Shown here in pieces: positions 9,883 to 21,295 of a stretch of 64,000 bases of DNA. Location of the stretch: NCBI GenBank assembly GCA_017473705.1, contig JAFUJQ010000051.1, forward strand, positions 29,351 through 93,350, given 5' to 3'. Made by a program: the position numbers and the translations under genes. The stretch comes from Bacteroidales bacterium (GTDB lineage: Bacteria; Bacteroidota; Bacteroidia; Bacteroidales; UBA932). The stretch's first letter is position 1. The number at the start of each line of letters is the position of its first letter. The notes under the pieces are model-generated. The model ran no database searches and was not told where the DNA came from. It saw only the letters and a program-made list of their open reading frames with translations.

Positions 9883-10968
9883 ATGAAAAATTTTATAGCC
9901 TTTTTAGCGGTGGCGTTCGCCATTACCATTCTCAGTGGCTCTGCATCAGCGCAGAATGTTGTCTATACAGATGCCTCTGTATTTCCACTTTACGGGAAGG
10001 TCTCCGAGCAGACCAATGAAAGATATGAACGTCTTCCGTCATATCTGGAGGGTGTCAGCCGTGATCCGGTATGGTATCTTGGCCGTCACTCTTCCGGATT
10101 GTTCATAAGATTCCGTTCCAATTCCACATCCATCCATGTCAGGTGGGAGTCGACTTTCAACAATACAATGACTCATATGACTGACACGGGTACAAAGGGC
10201 CTGGACCTTTATGCCATAGTTGACGGAGAGTGGCGCCATGTGTGCTCGGCGCAGCCTCAGGGCAAGAAGTCCGAGAGATGCATCATTGCCAACATGGATC
10301 CTTTCGAGCGGGAATATATGCTTTATCTCTCCTTGTATGACGGGGTCAAGTCATTGGAAATCGGAGTTGACGAAGGCTCGGTGCTGGATCTTCCTGCGGT
10401 CGACAGGCCTTCCCGTGAAAAGCCTGTCGTCATGTATGGCACCAGCATCCTGCAAGGAGGCTGTGCAAACCGACCGGGAATGGCACATACTAATATCATA
10501 AGTCGTCGCCTTGACAGAGAGGTGATGAATCTGGGATTCAGCGGCAATGCACTGCTGGACATGGAGATAGCGGAGCTTATGGCTTCGGTTGAGGAACCTG
10601 GCCTGTATGTGCTTGATTATGTACCGAATGCCTCGGCAGAGGCCATAGACGAAGTCGGTGAGCAGTTCTTCCGGAAAATCCGTGATGCGCATCCAGATGT
10701 GCCGGTTATCTTCATAGAAGACGTGATCTTCCCTCACACCATATTTGATAACAAGATACTTGAAGAGGTTACAAAGAAGAACGAGGCTCAGGAGAGACTG
10801 TATAAGAAACTGAAGAAATCAGGAGAAAAAAGAATATATTATATTTCAGCGGAAGGGATGATAGGAGATGACGGCGAGGCGACCGTGGATGCAATTCATT
10901 TCACGGACCTTGGCGCCATGCGTTATGTCGATCATGTCCTTCCGGTAATTAAAAGAGCATTAAGATGA
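9883..10968 (+). CDS. Secreted SGNH/GDSL hydrolase with GxDLY N-terminal domain
   Basis: GLDLY, YGTSILQG, NLGFSG, DAIH. Confidence 0.88.
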   Translation: MKNFIAFLAVAFAITILSGSASAQNVVYTDASVFPLYGKVSEQTNERYERLPSYLEGVSRDPVWYLGRHSSGLFIRFRSNSTSIHVRWESTFNNTMTHMTDTGTKGLDLYAIVDGEWRHVCSAQPQGKKSERCIIANMDPFEREYMLYLSLYDGVKSLEIGVDEGSVLDLPAVDRPSREKPVVMYGTSILQGGCANRPGMAHTNIISRRLDREVMNLGFSGNALLDMEIAELMASVEEPGLYVLDYVPNASAEAIDEVGEQFFRKIRDAHPDVPVIFIEDVIFPHTIFDNKILEEVTKKNEAQERLYKKLKKSGEKRIYYISAEGMIGDDGEATVDAIHFTDLGAMRYVDHVLPVIKRALR

Positions 10969-12815
10969 GAAAGTTTGCTTTGGCACTGATGAGTGCCGTT
11001 TTATGTGTCAGCTCATGTGTTGAAACAGAGCAGGTTGATGTCCTTATTGTAGGAGGAGGAGCCAGCGGCATTTCCGCCGGCATCCAGTGCGCCAGAATGG
11101 GAGTTCCGGCAATGATAGTTGAAGAGACTCCGTGGGTCGGAGGAATGCTGACCGCGGCTGGAGTAAGCTGCATAGACGGTAACTATAACCTCAGAAGCGG
11201 AATCTTCGGAGAGTTTGCTGACTCTCTTGCGCAGCGTTATGGCGGCTGGGAGGCGCTCAAGACAGGCTGGGTCAGCAATATCAACTTCGAGCCACAGGTG
11301 GGGCAGGAGATTCTGACCAATATGGCAGCAGGCTGCGAGAAGCTTGAGGTAAGGCGGGAGACTGTCATGCTGGATGTGACAAAGGAAGAAGACAAGTGGG
11401 TTGTTCTTTTCAAGCCGGCCGAAGGCAGGAAGTTCAAGGTCGAGGCGAATGTACTTATAGACGGAACAGAGCTTGGAGATGTGGCCAAGGCATGTGGTGT
11501 GGAATATAAGATCGGCATGGAGGCGGCTTCGGATACAGGCGAATCAATCGCTCCGGAGCAGGCGAATGCTGTGATACAGGACCTCACATTCGTGGCTATG
11601 CTCAAGGACTATGGCCCTGATGCCGATATGACTATAGAAAAGCCTGAAGGATATGATCCGGCTCCGTTTGCAAATTGTGCGGTCAATCCTATGAACACTG
11701 TTGCAGAGACCGGCCAGACTATATGGAGCCCGGAGATGATGATCACATACGGCAAGACTCCGAACGGAAAGTATATGATCAACTGGCCTATCTATGGCAA
11801 TGACTTCTATGTCAATGTCATAGAGATGAACCGCGAGGAGAGGGAAGAGGCGTATAGAGACGCGAAGAACTTTACTCTCTGCTTCCTCTATTTCATCCAG
11901 ACCGAACTTGGAATGAAGAACCTGGGACTTGCCGACGATGTGTTTCCGACAGAGGACAAGCTTGCATTCATCCCTTATCACAGAGAGTCAAGGCGAATTG
12001 TCGGCGAGGCTTTCTTTACACTGGATGCCGCTGCGAAGCCGTTTGATTATAAGCATCATTACTATAAGACAGGTATAGCCGTAGGTGACTATGCTGTAGA
12101 CCATCATCATTTCCGTCACCCTGACTGGAAAAATCTTCCTGACCTGCATTTCTACCCGATCCCGTCATTCAATGTGCCGATGGGAGTCCTGATACCTAAG
12201 CAGCGTGATGTGGAGAACCTCATCGTGGCAGAGAAGTCTGTCTCGGTTTCAAACCTCATCAACGGTGCGACAAGACTTCAGCCTGTGGTCATGCAGCTCG
12301 GCCAGGCGGCCGGTGCGATTGCCGCTCTGTCTCAGCTTGACGGCAGGACTGTAAGGAGAGTACCGGTGCGCAAAGTGCAGCTTGCTCTCCTCAAGGCCGG
12401 ATGCTATATTATGCCATATCTTGACCTTCCAAAGGATCACAGACATTTCATCGCCCTCCAGAAGATAGGTGCGACAGGAATCCTTCGTGGCGAAGGCCGC
12501 AATGTCGGATGGGCAAACCAGACATGGTTCCGCGCAGATGACCCGCTGATGATGGAAGACGTTCATCCTGAGGACTTTTACAACGGTCCTCTCGGACTTG
12601 GCAGCGGTCCTGTCAAGGTGGGGCAGCTTCTAGGCATAATCAGAGGCCTCGGGGCTCCGATACCGCCTGCGGCTGGGGAGTGGTGGAACAGTATCGGCCT
12701 GACTGATTATGATGAGAACCGCGTGGTGACCAGGCTTGAAGCTGCCGTGGTCATGGATTCATCCTTCGATCCTTTCTCGATGTTCAATGTGGACTTCAAC
12801 GGTAATTTGAGATAA
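10965..12815 (+). CDS. FAD-dependent oxidoreductase, lipoprotein-like signal
   Basis: VGGGASG, GGMLT, IDGTELGD, PYHRESRR, TRLQP. Confidence 0.85.
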   Translation: MRKFALALMSAVLCVSSCVETEQVDVLIVGGGASGISAGIQCARMGVPAMIVEETPWVGGMLTAAGVSCIDGNYNLRSGIFGEFADSLAQRYGGWEALKTGWVSNINFEPQVGQEILTNMAAGCEKLEVRRETVMLDVTKEEDKWVVLFKPAEGRKFKVEANVLIDGTELGDVAKACGVEYKIGMEAASDTGESIAPEQANAVIQDLTFVAMLKDYGPDADMTIEKPEGYDPAPFANCAVNPMNTVAETGQTIWSPEMMITYGKTPNGKYMINWPIYGNDFYVNVIEMNREEREEAYRDAKNFTLCFLYFIQTELGMKNLGLADDVFPTEDKLAFIPYHRESRRIVGEAFFTLDAAAKPFDYKHHYYKTGIAVGDYAVDHHHFRHPDWKNLPDLHFYPIPSFNVPMGVLIPKQRDVENLIVAEKSVSVSNLINGATRLQPVVMQLGQAAGAIAALSQLDGRTVRRVPVRKVQLALLKAGCYIMPYLDLPKDHRHFIALQKIGATGILRGEGRNVGWANQTWFRADDPLMMEDVHPEDFYNGPLGLGSGPVKVGQLLGIIRGLGAPIPPAAGEWWNSIGLTDYDENRVVTRLEAAVVMDSSFDPFSMFNVDFNGNLR

Positions 12816-12896
12816 TCCAAATTTTGCATAATTCGTATGCAATGATTATTTTTGTATGATTATGGTCTGCAATTATTAACTGATAACCGATATTCT

Positions 12897-15218
12897 ATGA
12901 AATCAATCAAGACAATCATCGCCATGGCTTCAGCGGCATTTGCATTCTCGGCATGCTGCAACTGCAATTCAGTCGAGCCGGCAATCCCTAAGGACAAGGA
13001 CATCGAGGCAAAGATCGAGAAGGTGCTCAAGGGCATGACGCTCGAGGAAAAGGCGGGTCAGATGACCCAGCTCAACGCCACAGCCGTTGCGCATGGCATT
13101 CAGATCACAGAGACAGGTGAGGCCGCACTCAGAGACTATAAGATAGGCTCAGTGCTCAATACGCCTGGTGACATTGCTCAGACACCTGAGAGATATAATG
13201 AATTCATTACAGAAATCAACCGCATCTCCATCGAAGCATGCGGAGTCCCTACACTCTACGGACTCGACCATATCCACGGAGTGACATATGTGGCAGGCGG
13301 TACGCTCTTCCCTCAGGAAGTCAACATCGCTGCAACATTCAACCGTGACCATGCATACAACATGGGTAAGGTGACAGCATACGAGAGCCGCGCAGCAAAC
13401 GTTCCGTGGACATTCTCTCCTACAATGGACCTCGGACGCAACCCTGAATGGCCACGCATGTGGGAAAGCTTCGGCGAGGACACATATGTCAACGCGCAGA
13501 TGGCTGTGGCAGAGGTCAGGGGTATGCAGGGTGATGACCCTAACCATGTAGGACCATATAACATCGCAGCATGTGCAAAGCATTTCATGGGATATGGTGT
13601 CCCTGTCACAGGACAGGACCGTACTCCTTCTTCGATCGCTGCATCTGAGCTTCGCGAGAAGCATTTCGAGCCGTTCAAGGAGGCTATGCAGGCAGGTGCC
13701 CTCACAATCATGGTAAACTCAGGCAGCAACAACGGAATACCTTTCCATTGCAATACAGAACTCCTCACAAAATGGGTGAAGGAGGAACTCAACTGGGATG
13801 GTATGATCGTGACAGACTGGGCTGACATCAACAACCTCTACACTCGTGAGCGTGTCGCTTCATCAAAGAAGGAGGCTGTGAAACTTGCCATCAATGCAGG
13901 TATTGACATGTCCATGGTTCCATATGACTGTGAGTTCACAGAAGACCTCATCGCGCTGGTAAAGGAAGGTGAAGTCCCTATGTCGCGCGTGGATGATGCC
14001 GTTCGCCGCATCCTCCGCGTGAAGTTCCGTCTCGGTCTGTTCGACCAGCCGAACACTCTTCTTGCCGACTATCCGGAATTCGGCGGCGAGGCTCATGCAA
14101 AGCTCGCTTACGAGGCTGCTGTCGAGTCTGAAGTACTCCTCAAGAACAACGGAATCCTTCCTCTCAAGAAGGATGTCAAGATCCTCGTGACAGGTCCTAA
14201 CGCAAACTCTATGCGCACCCTCAATGGAGGTTGGTCATACACATGGCAGGGTCACGGCGCTTCAAGACCGGAGTTCACAGGCAAGTACAATACGATTTAT
14301 GAGGCGATCTCTCAGAAGTTCAGCAATGTATCTTACGTGCCGGGCGTAGAGTATGACCTCGATGGCACAAACTGGCAGTTCGACGAGGCGACAGGCATCA
14401 GAGAGGCTGTGGCCGCTGCCCGCAAGGCTGAGGTTATCATAGCCTGCGTAGGTGAGAATACATATTGCGAAACTCCGGGTAATGATGTCGATCTCAACCT
14501 TTCAGAAAATCAGAAGGATCTGGTAGCCGCTCTTGCAGCGACAGGCAGACCGGTCATCCTCATCCTCAACGAGGGTCGTCCACGCATCATCAACGACATA
14601 GAGCCTTATGCTTCAGCAGTTGTTGACGTGCTTCTTCCAGGTAACTACGGCGGCGATGCGCTTGCAGCCCTTCTCTGCGGAGAGGAGAACTTCAGCGCAA
14701 AACTTCCATTCACATATCCTAAATATACAAACAAGTTCGGCGTATATGACTACAAGCCGGCTGAAAACCAGGGCACAATGGCCGGAACATACAACTACAA
14801 TGCTGTAATGGATGTTCAGTGGCCGTTCGGACACGGACTGAGCTACACAAAGTTCGCTTATTCGAATATGACAGTGTCTGCGACAGAATTCACTGCTGAC
14901 GACGTGCTCAAGGTTACAGTTGACGTGACTAACACAGGTGAAGTAGCAGGAAAGGAGAGCGTTCTTCTCTTCTCTTCAGATCTTTATGCAAGCTCTACTC
15001 CTGATGTCCGCCGTCTGCGCGCATTCGACAAGGTCGAGCTCGCTCCGGGCGAGACAAAGACCGTCGAGCTTGAGGTTTCAGGCAAGGACCTTGCATTTGT
15101 GAACTACTATGGCAAGTGGACTATCGAAGAAGGTGACTTCATCCTTTCAGTCGGTGACCTGAGCCAGCAGATCAAGTGCACGGAGACCATCGTCTGGGAC
15201 GATCCAAATATTGATTAA
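12897..15218 (+). CDS. GH3 beta-glucosidase (BglX-like)
   Basis: MTLEEKAGQM, WPRMWESFGED, CAKHF, IVTDW, PFGHGLSY, C-terminal Fn3-like domain. Confidence 0.93.
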   Translation: MKSIKTIIAMASAAFAFSACCNCNSVEPAIPKDKDIEAKIEKVLKGMTLEEKAGQMTQLNATAVAHGIQITETGEAALRDYKIGSVLNTPGDIAQTPERYNEFITEINRISIEACGVPTLYGLDHIHGVTYVAGGTLFPQEVNIAATFNRDHAYNMGKVTAYESRAANVPWTFSPTMDLGRNPEWPRMWESFGEDTYVNAQMAVAEVRGMQGDDPNHVGPYNIAACAKHFMGYGVPVTGQDRTPSSIAASELREKHFEPFKEAMQAGALTIMVNSGSNNGIPFHCNTELLTKWVKEELNWDGMIVTDWADINNLYTRERVASSKKEAVKLAINAGIDMSMVPYDCEFTEDLIALVKEGEVPMSRVDDAVRRILRVKFRLGLFDQPNTLLADYPEFGGEAHAKLAYEAAVESEVLLKNNGILPLKKDVKILVTGPNANSMRTLNGGWSYTWQGHGASRPEFTGKYNTIYEAISQKFSNVSYVPGVEYDLDGTNWQFDEATGIREAVAAARKAEVIIACVGENTYCETPGNDVDLNLSENQKDLVAALAATGRPVILILNEGRPRIINDIEPYASAVVDVLLPGNYGGDALAALLCGEENFSAKLPFTYPKYTNKFGVYDYKPAENQGTMAGTYNYNAVMDVQWPFGHGLSYTKFAYSNMTVSATEFTADDVLKVTVDVTNTGEVAGKESVLLFSSDLYASSTPDVRRLRAFDKVELAPGETKTVELEVSGKDLAFVNYYGKWTIEEGDFILSVGDLSQQIKCTETIVWDDPNID

Positions 15219-15220
15219 CG

Positions 15221-16417
15221 ATGCCAGGAATTTCACACAGAGGCGAGGAAATGCCCTCGTCACCTATCAGAAAACTCACTCCTCTTGCCAACGAAGCGAA
15301 GGCAAGGGGAGTGAAAGTCTATCAGTTGAACATCGGACAGCCGGACCTCCCGACTCCTCAGAAGGCGCTGGACGCTTTGCATAATGTGGGCAGGGATGTC
15401 CTGGAATACAGTCCGAGCCAAGGCTTCCTCTCGTTGAGAGAGAAGCTGGTGGACTATTACTCAAGATATAACATCAATCTCACTCCGGACGACGTGATCG
15501 TGACGAGCGGAGGCTCGGAGGCGGTGCTTTTCGCCTTCCTCGCCTGCCTTAATCCGGGGGATGAGATCATAGTGCCTGAGCCGGCATATGCCAATTATAT
15601 GGCGTTCGCCGTGTCCGCCGGTGCTGTAATCAAGAGTGTCACGTCTACGATAGAGACGGGATTCGCTCTGCCGTCTGTGGAGAAATTCGAGGAACTTATA
15701 ACTGAAAGGACCAAGGCAATCCTGATCTGCAACCCAAACAATCCGACAGGATATCTTTACACCCGTGCGGAGATGAACAGAATCAGGGACCTTGTCAAGA
15801 AATATGACCTGTACCTCTTCTCTGACGAAGTGTATAGAGAGTTCATCTATACCGGTTCGCCGTACATCTCGGCATGCCATCTCGAAGGCATAGAGGAGAA
15901 TGTCGTGCTTATTGATTCCGTATCAAAGAGATACTCCGAGTGTGGTATCAGGATCGGTGCCCTTGTCACAAAGAACACTGCGGTACGTGATGCCGTGATG
16001 AAGTTCTGTCAGGCCCGTCTGAGCCCGCCGCTTGTCGGTCAGATCGTTGCGGAAGCATCGATTGAAGGAACGGAAGAATATGCGGCAGAGGTCTATGAGG
16101 AGTATGTAGAGCGCAGAAAGTGCCTTGTTGATGGCCTCAACAGGATCCCGGGAGTATATTCTCCGATCCCGATGGGAGCATTCTATACGGTTGCACGCCT
16201 TCCTGTGGATGATGCCGAGAAGTTCTGCGCATGGTGCCTTTCGGATTTTGATTACGAAGGCGAGACCGTGATGATGGCACCGGCATGCGGCTTCTATTCG
16301 ACCCCGGGCATGGGACTCGACGAAGTCCGCATAGCTTATGTCCTTAAGAAGGCGGACCTGCAGAGAGCTATATTCATACTTGAAAAAGCGTTGGAGGCTT
16401 ACAACTCCAGAGGATGA
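15221..16417 (+). CDS. PLP-dependent class I/II (aspartate-type) aminotransferase
   Basis: LNIGQPD, NPNNPTG, SDEVY, SVSKRYS.CGIRIG. Confidence 0.92.
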   Translation: MPGISHRGEEMPSSPIRKLTPLANEAKARGVKVYQLNIGQPDLPTPQKALDALHNVGRDVLEYSPSQGFLSLREKLVDYYSRYNINLTPDDVIVTSGGSEAVLFAFLACLNPGDEIIVPEPAYANYMAFAVSAGAVIKSVTSTIETGFALPSVEKFEELITERTKAILICNPNNPTGYLYTRAEMNRIRDLVKKYDLYLFSDEVYREFIYTGSPYISACHLEGIEENVVLIDSVSKRYSECGIRIGALVTKNTAVRDAVMKFCQARLSPPLVGQIVAEASIEGTEEYAAEVYEEYVERRKCLVDGLNRIPGVYSPIPMGAFYTVARLPVDDAEKFCAWCLSDFDYEGETVMMAPACGFYSTPGMGLDEVRIAYVLKKADLQRAIFILEKALEAYNSRG

Positions 16418-16418
16418 T

Positions 16419-17459
16419 ATGAACACTCATGTAGTGATAATGGCCGGCGGCATCGGAAGCCGGTTCTGGCCGATGAGCACGACAGAACTGCCGAAGCAGT
16501 TTGTCGATGTGATGGGGGTCGGAAGGACAATGATCCAGATGACTGTAGACCGTCTTCGTCCGTTATGCCCTATGGAGAACTTCTGGGTCGTCACCGGCGA
16601 GAAGTATGCCTCTTTGGTCAGAGAACAGCTCCCTGATCTCCCTGTGGATCATATTCTTGAAGAGCCGGCGGCGAGGAATACGGCGCCGTGCATAGCATAT
16701 GCATGCTGGAAGATCCGTTGCACGGATCCGGATGCAAACATCGTCGTGACTCCTTCTGACGCTCTTGTGATTGATGTCGCGGAATACAGAAGAGTCATAT
16801 CTGCAGCCTTGTCATTCACTGCAGACAAGTCAACGATCGTGACTGTCGGCATCTGCCCGACAAGACCTGAAACAGGGTATGGATATATAAAGGAAGGGCC
16901 TGTCGAGGACGGAGAGATATGCAAAGTCGAGTCGTTCCGAGAGAAACCTTCCAAGGATGTCGCCCAGCAGTATCTGGACGAAGGGACTTACTTGTGGAAT
17001 GCCGGCATATTCGTCTGGAATGTAGATACCATTCACGAAGCGATACATCGCCATTCTCCGTCCCTTGCGGCAATCATGGACGAAATGTCCAATGCCTTTG
17101 GCACTTCTGATGAAAAGGACGAGATTGCCAGACTGTTTCCGACATGTGAGAAGATTTCCATCGACTATGCCGTGATGGAGAAGGCGGACAATATATATAC
17201 TCTTCCTGCAGAGTTCGGTTGGAGTGACCTTGGTACATGGGGCTCTCTATGGACTTTGAAGGAAAAGTCTGACGACGGCAATGCAATCGTAGGAGAGGAT
17301 GTGCGGATGATTGACAGCACCGACTGCATCGTCCATGTACCTGGCTTGTCAAAAGTCGTGATACAGGGTATTGATGGCTATATAGTGTCGCAGCATGGCG
17401 ACAGATTGCTCATATGCCGTAAGGACCACGAACAGAAGATTACAGAATATATTAAATAA
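16419..17459 (+). CDS. manC: Mannose-1-phosphate guanylyltransferase
   Basis: MAGGIGSRFWP.S, PKQF, EP.ARNTAP, PETGYGYI, FREKP, WSDLG; no cupin isomerase domain. Confidence 0.9.
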   Translation: MNTHVVIMAGGIGSRFWPMSTTELPKQFVDVMGVGRTMIQMTVDRLRPLCPMENFWVVTGEKYASLVREQLPDLPVDHILEEPAARNTAPCIAYACWKIRCTDPDANIVVTPSDALVIDVAEYRRVISAALSFTADKSTIVTVGICPTRPETGYGYIKEGPVEDGEICKVESFREKPSKDVAQQYLDEGTYLWNAGIFVWNVDTIHEAIHRHSPSLAAIMDEMSNAFGTSDEKDEIARLFPTCEKISIDYAVMEKADNIYTLPAEFGWSDLGTWGSLWTLKEKSDDGNAIVGEDVRMIDSTDCIVHVPGLSKVVIQGIDGYIVSQHGDRLLICRKDHEQKITEYIK

Positions 17460-17605
17460 TGGCAGACAATTATCTCGAAAAGAAAATGGAGGAACTCCAG
17501 GCCCGCAAGGCCAAGGAACAGCGCGCGAGGCAGATAGCCTGGAAGAAGCGCATGGATGCCTACCGTAAGAAACTTGAAGATTCAAAAAAAGCAGTCAGTG
17601 ATTAA
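17459..17605 (+). CDS. 48-aa basic small protein (MADNYLEK type)
   Basis: MADNYLEKKMEELQARKAKEQRARQIAWKKRMDAYRKKLEDSKKAVSD; TAATG overlap with manC. Confidence 0.65.
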   Translation: MADNYLEKKMEELQARKAKEQRARQIAWKKRMDAYRKKLEDSKKAVSD

Positions 17606-17619
17606 CTGACTGCTTTTTT
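17584..17619. terminator. Bidirectional intrinsic terminator
   Basis: A7-gcagtcagt-gatta-actgactgc-T6 between convergent genes. Confidence 0.88.
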
Positions 17620-17625
17620 AATGTC

Positions 17626-19233
17626 TTAGAGAGCTGGACCGGCTGCTACGAGAGCCTTGCCGAGGTCGTTTCCAGTGAACTTGTTGAAGTTCTTGATGAA
17701 ACGAGCTGCGAGATCCTTTGCCTTCTCCTCCCACTCGCATGCGCAAGCGTAAGTGTCGCGTGGGTCGAGGATAGCAGGATCAACACCAGGGAGTTCTGTA
17801 GGAACTGTGAAGTTGAAGTAAGGGATCTGCTTTGTAGGAGCCTTGTCGATAGAACCGTCGAGGATAGCGTCGATGATTCCTCTTGTATCCTTGATAGAGA
17901 TACGCTTTCCTGTACCGTTCCATCCAGTGTTCACGAGGTATGCCTTTGCACCGACCTTCTCCATTCTCTTTACGAGCTCCTCACCATACTTGGTTGGGTG
18001 GAGTGAAAGGAATGCTGCACCGAAGCAAGCTGAGAATGTAGGAGTAGGCTCAGTGATGCCACGCTCTGTACCTGCGAGCTTTGCAGTAAATCCTGAAAGG
18101 AAGTAGTACTGAGTCTGCTCTGGAGTGAGGATAGATACTGGAGGGAGAACTCCGAATGCGTCAGCTGAAAGGAAGATCACCTGCTGTGCGTGAGGACCCT
18201 TTGAAGGAACAGCGATGTTGTCGATGTGGTTGATAGGGTAAGAAACGCGAGTGTTCTCAGTCACGCTCTTGTCAGCGAAGTCGATCTTGCCGTTTGCGTC
18301 TACGGTAACGTTCTCGAGGAGAGCGTTGCGGCGGATAGCCTTGTAGATGTCTGGCTCAGATACCGGGTCGAGGTTGATGACCTTGGCGTAGCATCCGCCC
18401 TCGTAGTTGAATACGCCCTCGTCATCCCAACCGTGCTCGTCGTCACCGATGAGGAGACGCTTAGGGTCAGTTGAAAGGGTGGTCTTGCCTGTACCTGAAA
18501 GACCGAAGAAGATAGCTGTGCTTGTACCCTCCATGTTGGTGTTTGCAGAGCAGTGCATTGAAGCGATGCCTCTGAGCGGGTTGTAGTAGTTCATGAGTGA
18601 GAAGATACCCTTCTTCATCTCACCGCCATACCATGTGTTGAGGATGACCTGCTCGCTGGTCTTGAGGTTGAATACAGTTGCAGTCTCTGAGTTGAGGCCG
18701 AGCTCCTTGTAGTTGTCAACCTTTGCCTTTGCTGCGTTGAAAGATACGAAGTCAGGCTCGCCGTAGTTTGCAAGTTCCTCAGCTGTAGGGCGGATGAACA
18801 TGTTTGTAACGAAGTGTGCCTGCCATGCAACCTCCATGATGAAACGTACCTTAAGACGTGTAGCCTCGTTGGTACCGCAGAAAGTGTCTACAACATAGAG
18901 CTTCTTTGCTGTGTTGAGCTGCTTGATGGCCTTTGCGCGGAGGTCAGCCCATGCCTCTTCAGAGCAAGGCTTGTTGTCGTTCTTGTACTCCTCTGATGTC
19001 CACCATACAGTGTCCTTGCTGGCCTCGTTCATTACGAAGAACTTATCCTTAGGAGAACGTCCTGTGTAGATACCTGTCATTACGTTGATGGTATCAAGCT
19101 CTGTAAGCTGGCCTTTCTCGTATCCCTCGAGGCTTGGATCGGTCTCCTCAGCGAAGAGAACCTCATAAGACGGGTTGTGAAGGATTTCCTTCACGTCGGT
19201 AATACCGTACTTGGTCAAATCAATTGTGCTCAT
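17626..19233 (-). CDS. pckA: Phosphoenolpyruvate carboxykinase (ATP)
   Basis: [39 protein letters not shown]. Confidence 0.97.
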   Translation of the reverse strand: MSTIDLTKYGITDVKEILHNPSYEVLFAEETDPSLEGYEKGQLTELDTINVMTGIYTGRSPKDKFFVMNEASKDTVWWTSEEYKNDNKPCSEEAWADLRAKAIKQLNTAKKLYVVDTFCGTNEATRLKVRFIMEVAWQAHFVTNMFIRPTAEELANYGEPDFVSFNAAKAKVDNYKELGLNSETATVFNLKTSEQVILNTWYGGEMKKGIFSLMNYYNPLRGIASMHCSANTNMEGTSTAIFFGLSGTGKTTLSTDPKRLLIGDDEHGWDDEGVFNYEGGCYAKVINLDPVSEPDIYKAIRRNALLENVTVDANGKIDFADKSVTENTRVSYPINHIDNIAVPSKGPHAQQVIFLSADAFGVLPPVSILTPEQTQYYFLSGFTAKLAGTERGITEPTPTFSACFGAAFLSLHPTKYGEELVKRMEKVGAKAYLVNTGWNGTGKRISIKDTRGIIDAILDGSIDKAPTKQIPYFNFTVPTELPGVDPAILDPRDTYACACEWEEKAKDLAARFIKNFNKFTGNDLGKALVAAGPAL

Positions 19234-19390
19234 AATTTTTTGTAAAAATATTTAAGGTTTAACTAATTCGTTTATATCCGTGCAAAATTAAACTTTTTTT
19301 ATCATTTGACAAGCAGTGTCGTTGATAAAATCATTACATTTGTTGCACAATATATGCCTTCTCTTCCGAGAAAGACAAAATGGACAGAAA

Positions 19391-21295
19391 ATGAGCGGAA
19401 ACGGCAGCGGCAGGGCACTTGAAGTCCTGAAGGAATATTGGGGTCATGACTCCTTCCGGCCAAAGCAGGAGGACATAGTCCGGACTGCGTTGGAAGGGAG
19501 GGACGTGCTTGCCATTCTGCCCACCGGAGGCGGAAAGTCAGTATGCTTTCAGGTGCCTGCGATGATCCGTCCCGGCATCGCCATAGTGGTGACTCCTCTG
19601 ATCGCTCTTATGAAGGACCAGGTGCAGAATCTCACTGACAGGGGCATAAGGGCACTTTGCATACATGCTGGTATGGGGCGCAGGGAAGTGGATACTGTCC
19701 TCAATAATGCCCTATATGGCGATTTCAAGTTCCTGTATGTGTCTCCTGAGCGTCTGGGCACAAGGCTTTTCCAAAGTTATGTGCAGGAGATGGATGTCAG
19801 TTATGTCGTTGTAGATGAGGCACATTGCATTTCCCAATGGGGATATGACTTCAGACCTGATTACCTGCAGATCGGCAATCTCAGGGATATGATCGATGCC
19901 CCCGTCATAGCGCTTACCGCAACGGCGACGCCTAAGGTGGCGGAGGACATAATGGAGCGCCTCCGATTCAAGGACGGATGTCTCATAAAGAGCGGCTTCG
20001 AGCGTCCGAACCTTTCTTATATAGTCCGAAGGACGGAGGACAAGCTGGGACAGCTGTTGAATATCTGTAATTCTGTCCTGGGTACTGGAATAGTGTATGT
20101 ACGCAGCCGGAAGAAGACAGAAGAACTTGCAGCCTTTCTGTCGTCAAACGGTGTGTCTGCTTCTTTCTATCATGCCGGACTTGGTGCATTGACGCGCTCT
20201 GAAAGGCAGGTGGCATGGAAGGAAGACCGCATCCGCGTGATGGTGTGCACCAATGCATTCGGAATGGGTATTGACAAGCCTGATGTTCGCTTTGTCGTGC
20301 ATTTCGATGTACCGGACGGCCCTGAGGCGTATTTCCAGGAGGCCGGCAGAGGAGGCCGCGACGGCAGGCGCAGCTTTGCTGTGACGTTGTGGAACAGCTC
20401 AGACACAAAGCGTCTGCGCCAGTTGGCGACCGTTTCATTCCCATCTCTTGAATACGTCGAGGATATATATCACAAGGTACATATATTCTATGACATCCCG
20501 TATGATGCCGGAGTCGGCAGGCAGCTGAAGTTCGATCTTGACGAGTTCTGCCGGCATTTCAAGCTCCAGCGTTCTTCTGCTTATTATGCAATCATGTATA
20601 TAGACAGGACAGGGCATTGGACAATGTCAGAAGATGTCGACATATCAACGAAGATACAGATTGCTGTGGAGCGTAATGATCTGTATGATGTCGAGTTCCC
20701 TGACCACAGGATGCCTCAGCTCCTTGAGATTCTGATGAGAAAGTACACAGGTGTCTTCTCATATCCTGTTCCGATCGACGAGGATTATGTGGCCTCGCAG
20801 ATCGGCGTGCCTGTACCTATGCTCCGACAGCTTCTGTATAAGATGTCTCTGGAGCATACGATAAGATATGTCCCGGCTGACCATGCGACGGTGATATTCC
20901 TGCACCACGACCGTCTGCGTCCGAAGAATGTAAACCTTGACCCGAAGCGTTATGCGATGCTCAAGGAATCATGCGTGGGAAGGATTCAGAAGATGATAGA
21001 TTATATAAGTGAGGATGCCGTATGCCGCAGCCGATATCTGCTTGAATATTTCGGCCAGACCGAAAGCGAAGACTGTGGTACATGCGATGTCTGCAGAGCA
21101 AAGCCAAAGGCCGCAAGATCCGAAGATCCCGCAGCCTTGATATCTTCATTCATCAATGATGAAATGTCAGGCATATATGCCATAGATGATGTCCTGCGCC
21201 GTTTTTCTTCTCCTGGTCAGCTTGCTCCGGAAGGCTGCGTCGCAATCCTCCGCCGTCTCATCGACGAGGGCAAAGTCCCTCCTCCTCTTCAATGA
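19391..21295 (+). CDS. recQ: RecQ family DNA helicase with Zn-binding region, no evident HRDC domain
   Basis: [42 protein letters not shown]. Confidence 0.9.
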   Translation: MSGNGSGRALEVLKEYWGHDSFRPKQEDIVRTALEGRDVLAILPTGGGKSVCFQVPAMIRPGIAIVVTPLIALMKDQVQNLTDRGIRALCIHAGMGRREVDTVLNNALYGDFKFLYVSPERLGTRLFQSYVQEMDVSYVVVDEAHCISQWGYDFRPDYLQIGNLRDMIDAPVIALTATATPKVAEDIMERLRFKDGCLIKSGFERPNLSYIVRRTEDKLGQLLNICNSVLGTGIVYVRSRKKTEELAAFLSSNGVSASFYHAGLGALTRSERQVAWKEDRIRVMVCTNAFGMGIDKPDVRFVVHFDVPDGPEAYFQEAGRGGRDGRRSFAVTLWNSSDTKRLRQLATVSFPSLEYVEDIYHKVHIFYDIPYDAGVGRQLKFDLDEFCRHFKLQRSSAYYAIMYIDRTGHWTMSEDVDISTKIQIAVERNDLYDVEFPDHRMPQLLEILMRKYTGVFSYPVPIDEDYVASQIGVPVPMLRQLLYKMSLEHTIRYVPADHATVIFLHHDRLRPKNVNLDPKRYAMLKESCVGRIQKMIDYISEDAVCRSRYLLEYFGQTESEDCGTCDVCRAKPKAARSEDPAALISSFINDEMSGIYAIDDVLRRFSSPGQLAPEGCVAILRRLIDEGKVPPPLQ

